A DNA stretch of 64,000 bases from the NCBI GenBank assembly GCA_045598025.1, contig JAZLLH010000010.1, positions 28,064 through 92,063 of the forward strand, given 5' to 3'. Below the pieces are notes generated by a model. That model saw only the letters and a list, made by a program, of their open reading frames with translations, was not told the origin of the DNA and searched no databases. The position numbers and the translations under genes were made by a program. The DNA comes from Bacteroidales bacterium. GTDB lineage: Bacteria > Bacteroidota > Bacteroidia > Bacteroidales > WCHB1-69. This document shows, piece after piece, positions 41,450 through 50,072 of this stretch (its first letter is position 1; each line of letters begins with the position of its first letter).

Positions 41450-42070
41450 TTATTTCAATTCAAACAGGGCGTCCCCCAATTTCAAATTCTTTTTCACATT
41501 GGAAAAATAGATATCCGTCACATCTCCTCCTACTTCATTCATTTGTATGTGCACGGCATTCATGGTTGACTGCTGCACATAGAGGACGATCTCGGTGAAA
41601 AGACCTTTCATGCGGGAATTAAGCGGTTTCATTTCAATACGGTACAGGCTTCCGTTGCTCTGGACGACAGTCTGGAAATTCTTGCCGTTCTGCAATTCGT
41701 TGCCCGTCAGTATTCCGACAATCAGCCTTCCCAAGCCTTGGAATCCACGGTTGGCCGGTCCTACGCCTTCCGCGGTTTGGGTTTGAAACACATTTCCCTT
41801 CATCAACAGCACCAGCTGTTGCGGATTGGTATATTCCCAACGCATGCAAAGCGGTGCTTTGAAATAGAGCATTCCCTTGGAAACAGCCTTTTCAGCCAAC
41901 AGAGACGACTTTTTTTCCTGACGGAAGGAACACTGCATGCTCCGCACATCCTGAGACAAGGCAGACAACACCGCTGACTGCTCCGAAGCGGACAAGGTCG
42001 TATAGGTCTGCGCGGACACCCAAAGCGGGAACCATGACAAAGCGAAAAAAAACACTCTCAACCTGCTCAT
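41450..42070 (-). CDS. LolA-like outer-membrane lipoprotein carrier family protein
   Basis: Signal peptide ending WVSAQ, then CSFRQEKKSSLLAEKAVSKGMLYFKAPLCMRWEYTNPQ, which matches the LolA-family pattern. Confidence 0.75.
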   Translation of the reverse strand: MSRLRVFFFALSWFPLWVSAQTYTTLSASEQSAVLSALSQDVRSMQCSFRQEKKSSLLAEKAVSKGMLYFKAPLCMRWEYTNPQQLVLLMKGNVFQTQTAEGVGPANRGFQGLGRLIVGILTGNELQNGKNFQTVVQSNGSLYRIEMKPLNSRMKGLFTEIVLYVQQSTMNAVHIQMNEVGGDVTDIYFSNVKKNLKLGDALFELK

Positions 42071-42092
42071 AATTCATTTGATTCAATTCAAA

Positions 42093-42452
42093 CTAAGCCG
42101 GACGGGCCAAAATAGCCACGCCGACCAAAATAAAGGCCACCCCTATCCATCGGGCCAGGGGTATGGGTTCATGAAGCAATAATAATGCCGACAGCATACC
42201 GAACACATAGCTCATGCTACTCAAAGGGTACGCCAGAGACAAAGGATAATGCTTCAGTATATGCAACCACAGTACCGTAGCTCCTCCCATGGTAATTCCA
42301 ACCAGAAGAAACCACCAATTGGTCAGAAGATGTCCGAAATAAGACCAGGCCCAACGGAATGTTTCCATGCGCATCATGGCAAATTTCAGGCACACCTGGC
42401 CAAATGCCAAACAACAGGATTGTATCAGAGAAAGAATAATCAGACGTCCCAT
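42093..42452 (-). CDS. Half-size DMT/EamA-like membrane protein (4 TM)
   Basis: 119 aa with four hydrophobic helices. Its size and topology are like those of ArnE/ArnF-type small DMT subunits. Confidence 0.55.
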   Translation of the reverse strand: MGRLIILSLIQSCCLAFGQVCLKFAMMRMETFRWAWSYFGHLLTNWWFLLVGITMGGATVLWLHILKHYPLSLAYPLSSMSYVFGMLSALLLLHEPIPLARWIGVAFILVGVAILARPA

Positions 42453-43510
42453 ACCGATAACAAGGCTAAAAAATGATTACGCTGCGCATAATGATGATGC
42501 ACCAGCAAATGACGCGGACATATTTCCGCGCGGCCGGCAGCATCGTATATCAAAAAGGACGGAACCCGCTGCTGACGGACACAATGAGCCGCCGCATACA
42601 TTCCGATACCGCTCACAGTGAAAGATTCTCCGAAAATATGTTTGTACCACAACTGGGGAACTTTCGGATACAATATACCGGACAGCCGGCGATAACAGGC
42701 ATCGTTCTCCCTATCACCGCTGTAACCGCACATTACAGCATCCAGATCGTCCACCCTGAGGCCGGCATCCGACAGCAGATGATCCAAAGCAGCGGATAGC
42801 CTTTCATCCGAAGGACAGTGCAGGAGTTCCACTCCCCTAAGGACGCAGATATCCTGAGAAGAAGGTTCACTAGATAGGAGCATACTGACAGCCGTTTCTC
42901 CGGCAAACGATCCCGGAGTGTCTGCCCTCCGCAAGGTTTTCTCTGTAGGAAGTTCGGATTTCCAACGCCCCACTTTTTCAAGCAAATCAAAATACGCAGG
43001 AGTCATCTCATCATGGCCTTCGACCAGGACGGTTCGGACTTCACCCAGCAAAAACTGCTGCCAGGCGTCCATCAAAGCAGACTCGAATGAGACTCCCAAA
43101 TGGGAATACGTGGCGTTGTAACCATGGCATTTCAGACGTAAAGCCACTTGAGAACTGATGGTATTGTGGGTAGACTGCATGAAATAAGTCGGAGTCAGCA
43201 GTTCCTCTCCATCCCTCACCATAGCGGTCAGAAATTTTTCAGTATGTTCTATACAGCCCAGACCGGTCCCGGTGAAGATACCATCCAGAGTAGATTCGTC
43301 CGTTCCTTCCAAAGCTTTCAGCGATGTTGCCAACGCGCGTTTGAGCACTTTTCCCATCCGCCTGGACTCCATGGGAGGAATCCAAGTGCGGTATTCGGGC
43401 TCTATGGCTCTCACATAGGCTTCCTCGTATCGCATAGGTTCATCCATCCAAGCCTCTGACAAGGGAGCCTGAATGGAAATCTGTGCAGCCGAACGCAAAT
43501 ATATTTTCAT
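42440..43510 (-). CDS. Ketosynthase-like protein lacking the active-site Cys (chain-length-factor / ApeC-like partner)
   Basis: 356 aa with a thiolase-fold-like sequence. The position of the KS nucleophile reads MQSTHNTISSQVAL, with no Cys. It is adjacent to a bona fide KS gene. Confidence 0.7.
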   Translation of the reverse strand: MKIYLRSAAQISIQAPLSEAWMDEPMRYEEAYVRAIEPEYRTWIPPMESRRMGKVLKRALATSLKALEGTDESTLDGIFTGTGLGCIEHTEKFLTAMVRDGEELLTPTYFMQSTHNTISSQVALRLKCHGYNATYSHLGVSFESALMDAWQQFLLGEVRTVLVEGHDEMTPAYFDLLEKVGRWKSELPTEKTLRRADTPGSFAGETAVSMLLSSEPSSQDICVLRGVELLHCPSDERLSAALDHLLSDAGLRVDDLDAVMCGYSGDRENDACYRRLSGILYPKVPQLWYKHIFGESFTVSGIGMYAAAHCVRQQRVPSFLIYDAAGRAEICPRHLLVHHHYAQRNHFLALLSVWDV

Positions 43511-43520
43511 AGTATCTGTT

Positions 43521-44738
43521 TTAATGGCAGCGAGAAAAAATGCAACTGGAATCGTTGCCTCCGAAACCGAACGAATTGCTCATCACATGGCACATACAGG
43601 ACGGATGCAACACATCGTGCACCGGTTCAAAAACAGCCTTGTCCATTTTCCGGGAAAAATGCAGGTTAACCGGACAGAAACCATGCTCCAGAGCCAAAAT
43701 TGATATTACGGCCTCCACACTGCCAGAAGCAGAAGTCGTATGACCGGTGAAAGCCTTTGTTGAAGACACTGGAGGCATTTTCTCCCCGAATACGCGACGG
43801 AGAGCTTCTGCCTCTGTTTCGTCATTATTGACCGTACCCGTGCCGTGTGCATTGATATAATCAATATCTTCAGGTTGCAGTCCACTGCTCTGAAGGGCTT
43901 TCATCATAGCTCTGTACGCTCCTTCTCCTTCAGGAGATGTAGCTGTTTGATGATATGCGTCACAGGCATTTCCGTAACCGGACAGACAGACGGAAGGCTG
44001 CAGACCGCGTTCCTTGGCCAGGCTTTCCCTTTCCATTACCAGAAAGGCTGCTCCTTCCCCCAGATTCAAGCCCTCGTGCGAAGCATCGAACGGACGACAG
44101 GGACGGGAGTCCAATATTTTCAAAGTGTTGAAACCATTCAAATGGAAGCGGCTCAGGCATTCACTGCCGCCCACCATTACCTGATCCACTCTTCCTGTTC
44201 TGATCAAATTGGCTCCCAAAATAATGGCATTGGCTGCGGACGAACAGGCCGTGGAAAGGGTGGTTACCAAATCCACCTCGCCCACTGCGTCTGCCATGAT
44301 TTCGGTGGAAGCGCCGCAATCGTGCAGAGCAATGTACTCTACATTTTCTCCGCGGAAAAAACCTTCATAGTACAATTCGCTGCGGTCCATTCCACCTACA
44401 GTGGTTCCGCTGATAAAAGCGCGGCGCAGCGAAGAGGAAGGATATTGTTCCCAATGGGAAGTACGCATGGCCTCCTGTATGGCAATCAGGCCCATCAACG
44501 GAGTGCGGGTAATCCGGCTGTCGGCAGGAAGTCCCAAATAATCCAACATTTCTGCATTGCTCATCCGGACTTCAACCACCGGAAGCCGGTGCGAAGTCTG
44601 CAGATAGACGGCTTCGGCCGTTGTTGACCGCCGGACATACAACGCGGAAAGCGTGGCATCCAGGCCCAAGCCCAGACCACTGACAATTCCCATGCCGCTG
44701 ATGACAATGGCTTCCTTATTTGGTTCTGTTTCTCTCAA
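43521..44738 (-). CDS. Beta-ketoacyl-ACP synthase (type II PKS/FAS KS)
   Basis: Active-site motif LSTACSSAANAI, His motifs CDAYHQT and NAHGTGT, and SNSFGFGGND. Confidence 0.9.
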   Translation of the reverse strand: MRETEPNKEAIVISGMGIVSGLGLGLDATLSALYVRRSTTAEAVYLQTSHRLPVVEVRMSNAEMLDYLGLPADSRITRTPLMGLIAIQEAMRTSHWEQYPSSSLRRAFISGTTVGGMDRSELYYEGFFRGENVEYIALHDCGASTEIMADAVGEVDLVTTLSTACSSAANAIILGANLIRTGRVDQVMVGGSECLSRFHLNGFNTLKILDSRPCRPFDASHEGLNLGEGAAFLVMERESLAKERGLQPSVCLSGYGNACDAYHQTATSPEGEGAYRAMMKALQSSGLQPEDIDYINAHGTGTVNNDETEAEALRRVFGEKMPPVSSTKAFTGHTTSASGSVEAVISILALEHGFCPVNLHFSRKMDKAVFEPVHDVLHPSCMCHVMSNSFGFGGNDSSCIFSRCH

Positions 44739-44973
44739 TATACTCGGCCATTACACGGATGGATTTGAAGATTTCCTTTCCTTCCGCTGCATTTTTCAAT
44801 TTGATGCCGTAGTTCTTCTCCATCAGGACAATCAGTTCCAATGCATCTATGGAATCCAGGCCCAGGCCTTCCCCAAACAAGGGAGCATCCGCATCGATAT
44901 CCTCGGGCTTCACTTCTTCCAAATTCAGCACTTCTATGACTTCCTCTTTCAACTTTTCAACCAGATTTTCCAT
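44716..44973 (-). CDS. Acyl carrier protein
   Basis: 85 aa with the phosphopantetheine site GLGLDSIDALEL. Confidence 0.9.
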   Translation of the reverse strand: MENLVEKLKEEVIEVLNLEEVKPEDIDADAPLFGEGLGLDSIDALELIVLMEKNYGIKLKNAAEGKEIFKSIRVMAEYIERNRTK

Positions 44974-45052
44974 TGTATTATGCTGTTATTTATTTATAAA
45001 CATCTTATTACAAATTGATTAAAAAATTTGCCGTAAAGTACAGCAAAACGTG

Positions 45053-45060
45053 CAAATTTA
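45053..45060 (-). promoter_or_regulatory. Candidate internal -7 box (TAAATTTG on the minus strand) ahead of the ACP gene
   Basis: Plus-strand CAAATTTA, about 80 nt upstream of the ACP ATG at 44973 and immediately downstream of a terminator-like hairpin. Confidence 0.4.
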
Positions 45061-45062
45061 TA

Positions 45063-45100
45063 CAAAAAAAAAACGCAATAAGAGCATTGCCGCGTTTTTT
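45063..45100 (-). terminator. Terminator-like hairpin inside the polyene cluster
   Basis: Read on the minus strand, AAAAAACGCG-GCAAT-gctctt-ATTGC-G is followed by a T10 run. On the plus strand this is A10-CGCAATaagagcATTGCCGCG-T6. It lies 23 nt after the stop of the 216-aa gene. Confidence 0.55.
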
Positions 45101-45122
45101 ATTTCATTCCGGACAAAATACC

Positions 45123-45773
45123 TCACGGCTTTTCTCCGTAATACTGCTGCATACGTTCCGAGCTGAGTTTTTCTCTAAGCAGGCCCTTCGTTGAACCGCA
45201 CACGGAATCCTGACGGGACAGGACAAACAGACACGCATCGGGCACGCCGGCCAGGTAATCGGCCCATCCGGCCAGAACATATTGCAGGCTGTCATCCGTA
45301 GCAAAGAGGGTTCGGATCATTTCGTCCAGGGAATCAGCATCCCAGGATTTCTGTACCAGGCAGGCTGTTTCTCCCTGAATACGGTGACGGATGGCGATTT
45401 CCCCCGTCACTATGTTGGCCAAAGTATACACAAAAACCGAGGGGCTGGGATAATAATTTTCCGGAGACTGAATCGTTGCCTGATAAGCAATATCATCGTC
45501 CAGGGAAGCAGAGCGGTTCAACAGCAGCACAGCCCACTCCGGGCGCATGCCTTCCTCCGGAAGCGGCAGATTCCGCATCAGAATTTCCGAAGCCAGAAAC
45601 CCCAGACGGCAGAGTCTGTCCATCTTGAAAAATTTCGGGTAGGAAAAAGCCAGACGGTGATACGTATCCGTCAACAGTTCCTCCTCTCCTTTTTCTATGA
45701 GAAGCCGGCCGTTCAACCAGACACCTTCCGGCCGTATACGGCAGACCGACTGCAGATACAGATCTTCTTTCAT
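45123..45773 (-). CDS. Hypothetical protein, resembles a ketosynthase N-terminal region; APE-cluster associated
   Basis: 216 aa. The segment FFKMDRLCRLGFLASEILM resembles the KS N-terminal helix (MDRFxxLAxxAAxEAL). No catalytic motifs are present. There is an ATGA overlap with the upstream KS gene. Confidence 0.5.
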   Translation of the reverse strand: MKEDLYLQSVCRIRPEGVWLNGRLLIEKGEEELLTDTYHRLAFSYPKFFKMDRLCRLGFLASEILMRNLPLPEEGMRPEWAVLLLNRSASLDDDIAYQATIQSPENYYPSPSVFVYTLANIVTGEIAIRHRIQGETACLVQKSWDADSLDEMIRTLFATDDSLQYVLAGWADYLAGVPDACLFVLSRQDSVCGSTKGLLREKLSSERMQQYYGEKP

Positions 45774-46996
45774 TTATCCTCCTTCCTATCGGATTCCGTT
45801 GGCGTTCTCTGCCACAAAATGGCAGCGTTACAACCGCCGAATCCGGATATCAGTTTCAGAAATGCCGATTTGTCCGTTGCACTGTTCCCGGCACATATAC
45901 GCAAGGGATTACAGACGCCGGGGGTTTCAAAACCCTTGACGCCCAACACCAGACCTCTCCTTACAGATTCCATGGAAATCAGGCACTCCAACACACCGGC
46001 CGCGCCCAGTGTATGTCCCAAAAAAGGTTTCAGACTGTTGACCGGAACATGATTCAAACCGGAACGGCTGATGGCAAAAGACTCCATATCGTCATTGTAC
46101 AAAGTGGCCGTACCGTGCGCATTGATGAATGCCAACTGTCCGTTGTCGAAACCGGCTATGGTTTTCCGAACTGCCTGAAACAATCCCTCACCCGTGCGGG
46201 AAGGTCCGGAGATATGATTGGCATCATTGGTCACGGCAGCCCCTCGGATAAAAAAGGTACCTGCAGGCACATCCGTTTCATGATCCACCCTCTGCAGCAA
46301 CATACAGGCAGAAGCCTCTCCCAAGTTCAAACCGCTGCGGGCCGCATCAAACGGCCGACAGCGTTCCGGAGACAATGCCTTGAAGGATTGAAAACCGGAA
46401 ACCACAAACTTGGAAAGTGCATCAGCTCCCACCACGACTGCGTAACGGTACGGATGACATTCCATCAAACGGCATGCGGTCCACTGCGCCGCCACTCCGG
46501 AAATGCAGGCATTGCTGACCACCAAAACCTTGTTCGGATTGTGGAAATACGTTCCCAACAGTTCGGCGGAATGCCATAAAAAAACAGCATCTTCGGGCTC
46601 TTTTCCGGCATTTTCCAACAAGGCGACATTGCCTTTGGTCGTAGACAGTACAAACAGCACTTCGGGTGAAGAAGCGTCGATACCGGATTTTTCCACTGCT
46701 TCCCATGCGGCTGCCAACACCAGTTTTTCAAAACGGGTCCACGAACGCCGGGGCAGATGCGGAAGACGAGCAAAGGCCTCATCCAAAAGTTCTTCATTCA
46801 TCAGAGACCCCCAAAAAGGGACAGGCAGTCCCCAGCAGTTCTCCTGCAAAGCAGACGAACTTTCTCCCTCAGCCATGCGGCGGAACACCTCTTCCGAAGA
46901 GAAGCCCAGGGGAGTGATTACCGATTCCGATTGCAGACAAATCATAACAGACCGTTCATTTTTTTCCATTCCGTAATGAAATCCGGCAGGGTCCAC
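45770..46996 (-). CDS. Beta-ketoacyl-ACP synthase
   Basis: Active-site motif VSNACISGVAAQ, His motifs NDANHIS and NAHGTAT, and SGFGGCNAA. The start is uncertain. ATGs at 46996, 46969 and 46945 are all possible, and the last one abuts the upstream stop codon. Confidence 0.88.
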   Translation of the reverse strand: MDPAGFHYGMEKNERSVMICLQSESVITPLGFSSEEVFRRMAEGESSSALQENCWGLPVPFWGSLMNEELLDEAFARLPHLPRRSWTRFEKLVLAAAWEAVEKSGIDASSPEVLFVLSTTKGNVALLENAGKEPEDAVFLWHSAELLGTYFHNPNKVLVVSNACISGVAAQWTACRLMECHPYRYAVVVGADALSKFVVSGFQSFKALSPERCRPFDAARSGLNLGEASACMLLQRVDHETDVPAGTFFIRGAAVTNDANHISGPSRTGEGLFQAVRKTIAGFDNGQLAFINAHGTATLYNDDMESFAISRSGLNHVPVNSLKPFLGHTLGAAGVLECLISMESVRRGLVLGVKGFETPGVCNPLRICAGNSATDKSAFLKLISGFGGCNAAILWQRTPTESDRKEDK

Positions 46997-47370
46997 ATCA
47001 GTTGGCGATCCGTGTTCAAAAAAGCCTGGACAGTAGTTGCTGTCAAAGCCAGCACATGATCTGTCAGATTGTATATTTCGTAATCGAACACCAACTTGGC
47101 CGCATCGGTATCCCGATAAGTGATGACCACCTTGGCCTTATCCTGATACTTCAACGGATGACGGTATTTCATATTCATTTCTACCAAAGGAGCATAAAAA
47201 CCTTTGTCAAACATGTATAAATATTCCAAATGGTACTTGGCCCCGAATGCTTCACGGGCATCTTCCAGATAGGCCACATAGGACCCATGCCATACAATCC
47301 CCATGGAATCCACTTCGCTGAACCGAATATCAAATTGTTTTTCTGCTTGTAAAACTGTTTTTTGCATCAT
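46942..47370 (-). CDS. 4HBT/YbgC-type hotdog thioesterase
   Basis: 142 aa with IRFSEVDSMGIVWHGSYVAYLEDAR, which includes the catalytic Asp motif of the 4-hydroxybenzoyl-CoA thioesterase family. Confidence 0.85.
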   Translation of the reverse strand: MMQKTVLQAEKQFDIRFSEVDSMGIVWHGSYVAYLEDAREAFGAKYHLEYLYMFDKGFYAPLVEMNMKYRHPLKYQDKAKVVITYRDTDAAKLVFDYEIYNLTDHVLALTATTVQAFLNTDRQLMWTLPDFITEWKKMNGLL

Positions 47371-47377
47371 AACGATA

Positions 47378-47794
47378 TTATACCAAGGCTACTTTCATTT
47401 CGCATGCGGCTACCACTTCATTTCCTATCCTCACTTCCGCCTGTAGCACACTCATATCCATAAAACCTTCAAACACTTCTTCCACCTGCGTTTCCAAATA
47501 TTCGCCTTCCGCTGGCAAACGGTGTATCGTCAGATTCCGTACAGAACCAATCACTCCCACCCTTACTTCGGAATGCTTGCTGTGCACTTCCAGATAGCCG
47601 ATACGCGCTGCACATGATTGCGCGATGTGTTCCATCAAACCCGCTTCTGACAGGTAATCCCCGAAAAACAGCGGATGGGCTGCAGACACCGTATAATCCG
47701 TGCGACAGACTTTGCCTTCGCAGAAAAGAATGTCATCGACCAGGAGAAAAGGCGGTTGCTGGGGCAAATATTTGCTGGCTGATTCGGCTTGCAT
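47378..47794 (-). CDS. Hotdog-fold dehydratase (ApeP-like)
   Basis: 138 aa with YLPQQPPFLLVDDIL...AGLMEHIAQSCA, the pattern seen in APE-cluster dehydratases. Confidence 0.7.
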   Translation of the reverse strand: MQAESASKYLPQQPPFLLVDDILFCEGKVCRTDYTVSAAHPLFFGDYLSEAGLMEHIAQSCAARIGYLEVHSKHSEVRVGVIGSVRNLTIHRLPAEGEYLETQVEEVFEGFMDMSVLQAEVRIGNEVVAACEMKVALV

Positions 47795-48885
47795 CAGGCA
47801 TTCTTTTTTTTGCAGACCAACAGGCTGTGCCCCATACCGAGACCATCATGCACACAATCCACTTCCAGGCCGGAAGCCTCCACCATACGGAAAAGATCGC
47901 GGGAATAGAACATTTTGCTGTTACCGTTGGCCAAGGCAGTAAAATACAGACTGATTTGAGCCAGACAATAGGAAGCGGTCTCAAAACGCTGACGGTCCCA
48001 AAGCGTCTCCATGATATACAGACGGGATCCGGACTTCATGGATGCGGCAGCCCGGCGAAGAATGCTTTGCACCTGCTCCTCGCTGAAACAATCCAGGAAC
48101 TGGCTCATCCAGATGGCATCGAAACCTTCCGGAAATACAGTACTCTCTTTCAACAGATCCGCTCCATGGGTATGGATACGGTCCGCATTCGCGTACCCCC
48201 GGTTCTGTTGAAGCAGCATTTCCAACTGTTGGGGAAGATCCATGACAGTCACCTCCACCTGCGAATTGAACTCTACGCATTTCCGGGCGAAACGTCCGGT
48301 ATTTCCACCCACATCCAACAAACAGCGGCAGGGTGACGCAAATACTTTGGACAAAGCTTCTTCAAAAGAACAGTCCGAATAGTAATGGTCAAATTGGAAC
48401 CAGGAGTGCTGTGCCTGTGAAGGCAACTGGGAAAGCCCTTCATAAATCGTATTCCAAGACCCGAATACTTCCAGACCGGCAGGTCTTCCTTCCCTTATCG
48501 CCTCTTCCAGATGGAAAAGTCCTTCGTAATTGACATCGTGATTGAAATCCATATTGACTTTCACCATATCATCGTGCAGAAGGAACCATCCGGCTTTGGC
48601 CAAATGGAAACGACCGTCCCGCAGACAGACTGTTCCTATAGTGAGGGACGATTCCAAAAGGCATTGGATTCCATAATGGGAAAGACCGGTGGCAGACTCG
48701 ATTTCTGCCATCTCCAAACCGTCGGGAGCATCATCCAGCAATTGAAACACACCGAATTTGACCATCAGACGGGACACCTGAAACACCACAGGTCCGAAAG
48801 CGATTTCCTGCGCCAAGCGCTGAGCCTTCAAAGCAGACCGCCCATCCTTGGCATACATTTCTTTTTGAGGAGATTCTAATTCCAT
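47794..48885 (-). CDS. SAM-dependent methyltransferase (O-methyltransferase fold with an N-terminal dimerisation/winged-helix domain)
   Basis: Motif I LLDVGGNTGRFARK and an acidic residue in VTVMDLP. The start is the ATG at 48885. A GTG at 48891 is also possible. Confidence 0.85.
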   Translation of the reverse strand: MELESPQKEMYAKDGRSALKAQRLAQEIAFGPVVFQVSRLMVKFGVFQLLDDAPDGLEMAEIESATGLSHYGIQCLLESSLTIGTVCLRDGRFHLAKAGWFLLHDDMVKVNMDFNHDVNYEGLFHLEEAIREGRPAGLEVFGSWNTIYEGLSQLPSQAQHSWFQFDHYYSDCSFEEALSKVFASPCRCLLDVGGNTGRFARKCVEFNSQVEVTVMDLPQQLEMLLQQNRGYANADRIHTHGADLLKESTVFPEGFDAIWMSQFLDCFSEEQVQSILRRAAASMKSGSRLYIMETLWDRQRFETASYCLAQISLYFTALANGNSKMFYSRDLFRMVEASGLEVDCVHDGLGMGHSLLVCKKKNA

Positions 48886-48890
48886 AGACA

Positions 48891-49817
48891 CTACATTTTA
48901 ACATTTCCGGCATCCTTATCCGTCTGCCAAAAATCATAATAATTGAACCATTGTTCGGGATACTTGCGAAGCAGGGTTTCCAAATCGGAAACATATTCTC
49001 CTGCCCAACGCTCTGCCTGCACGGACGAAGAAGCTTCATTCGCAGACAAGGCATGCAGATACCCCTTATAATGCGTTCCTTTTTCCTTTACAATAAACAG
49101 ACTCATCACCGAAGCCCCACAAATGGAAGCCATTCGGAACACACCGAGCGGGAAATCCGCCTCCTCCCCCATGAACGGAATCCGAATGCATCTTCCTCCT
49201 TCGGAAATGCGGTCTCCCAATACACAGACTATTTCTCCTTTGGACAATGCGTCCTTCAGCGCGAAGACATAGTCCATGCCGGAATCCATCGGAATCAGGC
49301 GCAACGCTCCTTCCTCCGACGAAACGGCTCGATGCCGCTGATAATATTCCGATTCCTGTGCGGACACCAATCCGTTGACAGCCTTACGGCCTCGCGGAAT
49401 ACAATGCCCTGCCAACTCAAAATTCCCCACATGGGCACTGACAATCACAATACCCTGCCCGGAATCCATCTGCGCATCCAGAAACCCCCTTCCGCTGACT
49501 TCCACGTCAAACTGACGGATACGGCCCGCCAACACAGCAAACTTGTCCAATACAACCTCTCCGAAAAGATGATAATTGCGGACCGTCTTTCCAAAGGATT
49601 TTCCAAGGGAATACCCCCACCTCCGACGAAAATAACGGAGCATGGCCTGAAAATCCCTCCGGTTTCCAAACAGCAAATAAAAAGGAATTACCGCGTATAG
49701 GACAGGATACAGAAACCTTACATCCACCCTTTTCAAAAAAGCGAACAAGAAAGACTGTCCAAAACGTCCGCCCCCGGTCTTCCCCTTCCAAGCCTGCCGT
49801 GCGGCTTTTCTATCCAT
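48891..49817 (-). CDS. LpxL/HtrB-family lysophospholipid/lipid A-type acyltransferase
   Basis: 308 aa with an N-terminal membrane anchor, an IVSAHVGNFELAG motif (HX4E/D) and overall LABLAT-like organisation. Confidence 0.75.
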   Translation of the reverse strand: MDRKAARQAWKGKTGGGRFGQSFLFAFLKRVDVRFLYPVLYAVIPFYLLFGNRRDFQAMLRYFRRRWGYSLGKSFGKTVRNYHLFGEVVLDKFAVLAGRIRQFDVEVSGRGFLDAQMDSGQGIVIVSAHVGNFELAGHCIPRGRKAVNGLVSAQESEYYQRHRAVSSEEGALRLIPMDSGMDYVFALKDALSKGEIVCVLGDRISEGGRCIRIPFMGEEADFPLGVFRMASICGASVMSLFIVKEKGTHYKGYLHALSANEASSSVQAERWAGEYVSDLETLLRKYPEQWFNYYDFWQTDKDAGNVKM

Positions 49818-50055
49818 TCAGTTTGGCTTCAAGATAATCGCAGAACTGTTTCAGAGTCTTCACCGGTTTCATTTCCTCGGCTTTCATCTTGAATCCGAAA
49901 ATACGCTCTACAATAACAACAATGTCGACGAAATCCAGACTGTCAATACCGAGATCCTCCTTCAGCAGGGCCTCATCTTTCAATAACTCTTCGTCAATTT
50001 CAATATCTTCTACCAGAAATTGTCTTACTTTTTCTTCTATTTCTACTCTCGTCAT
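49810..50055 (-). CDS. Acyl carrier protein
   Basis: 81 aa with the phosphopantetheine site DLGIDSLDFVDI. Confidence 0.9.
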   Translation of the reverse strand: MTRVEIEEKVRQFLVEDIEIDEELLKDEALLKEDLGIDSLDFVDIVVIVERIFGFKMKAEEMKPVKTLKQFCDYLEAKLNG

Positions 50056-50072
50056 ATATCTTGTTTTGTGTT

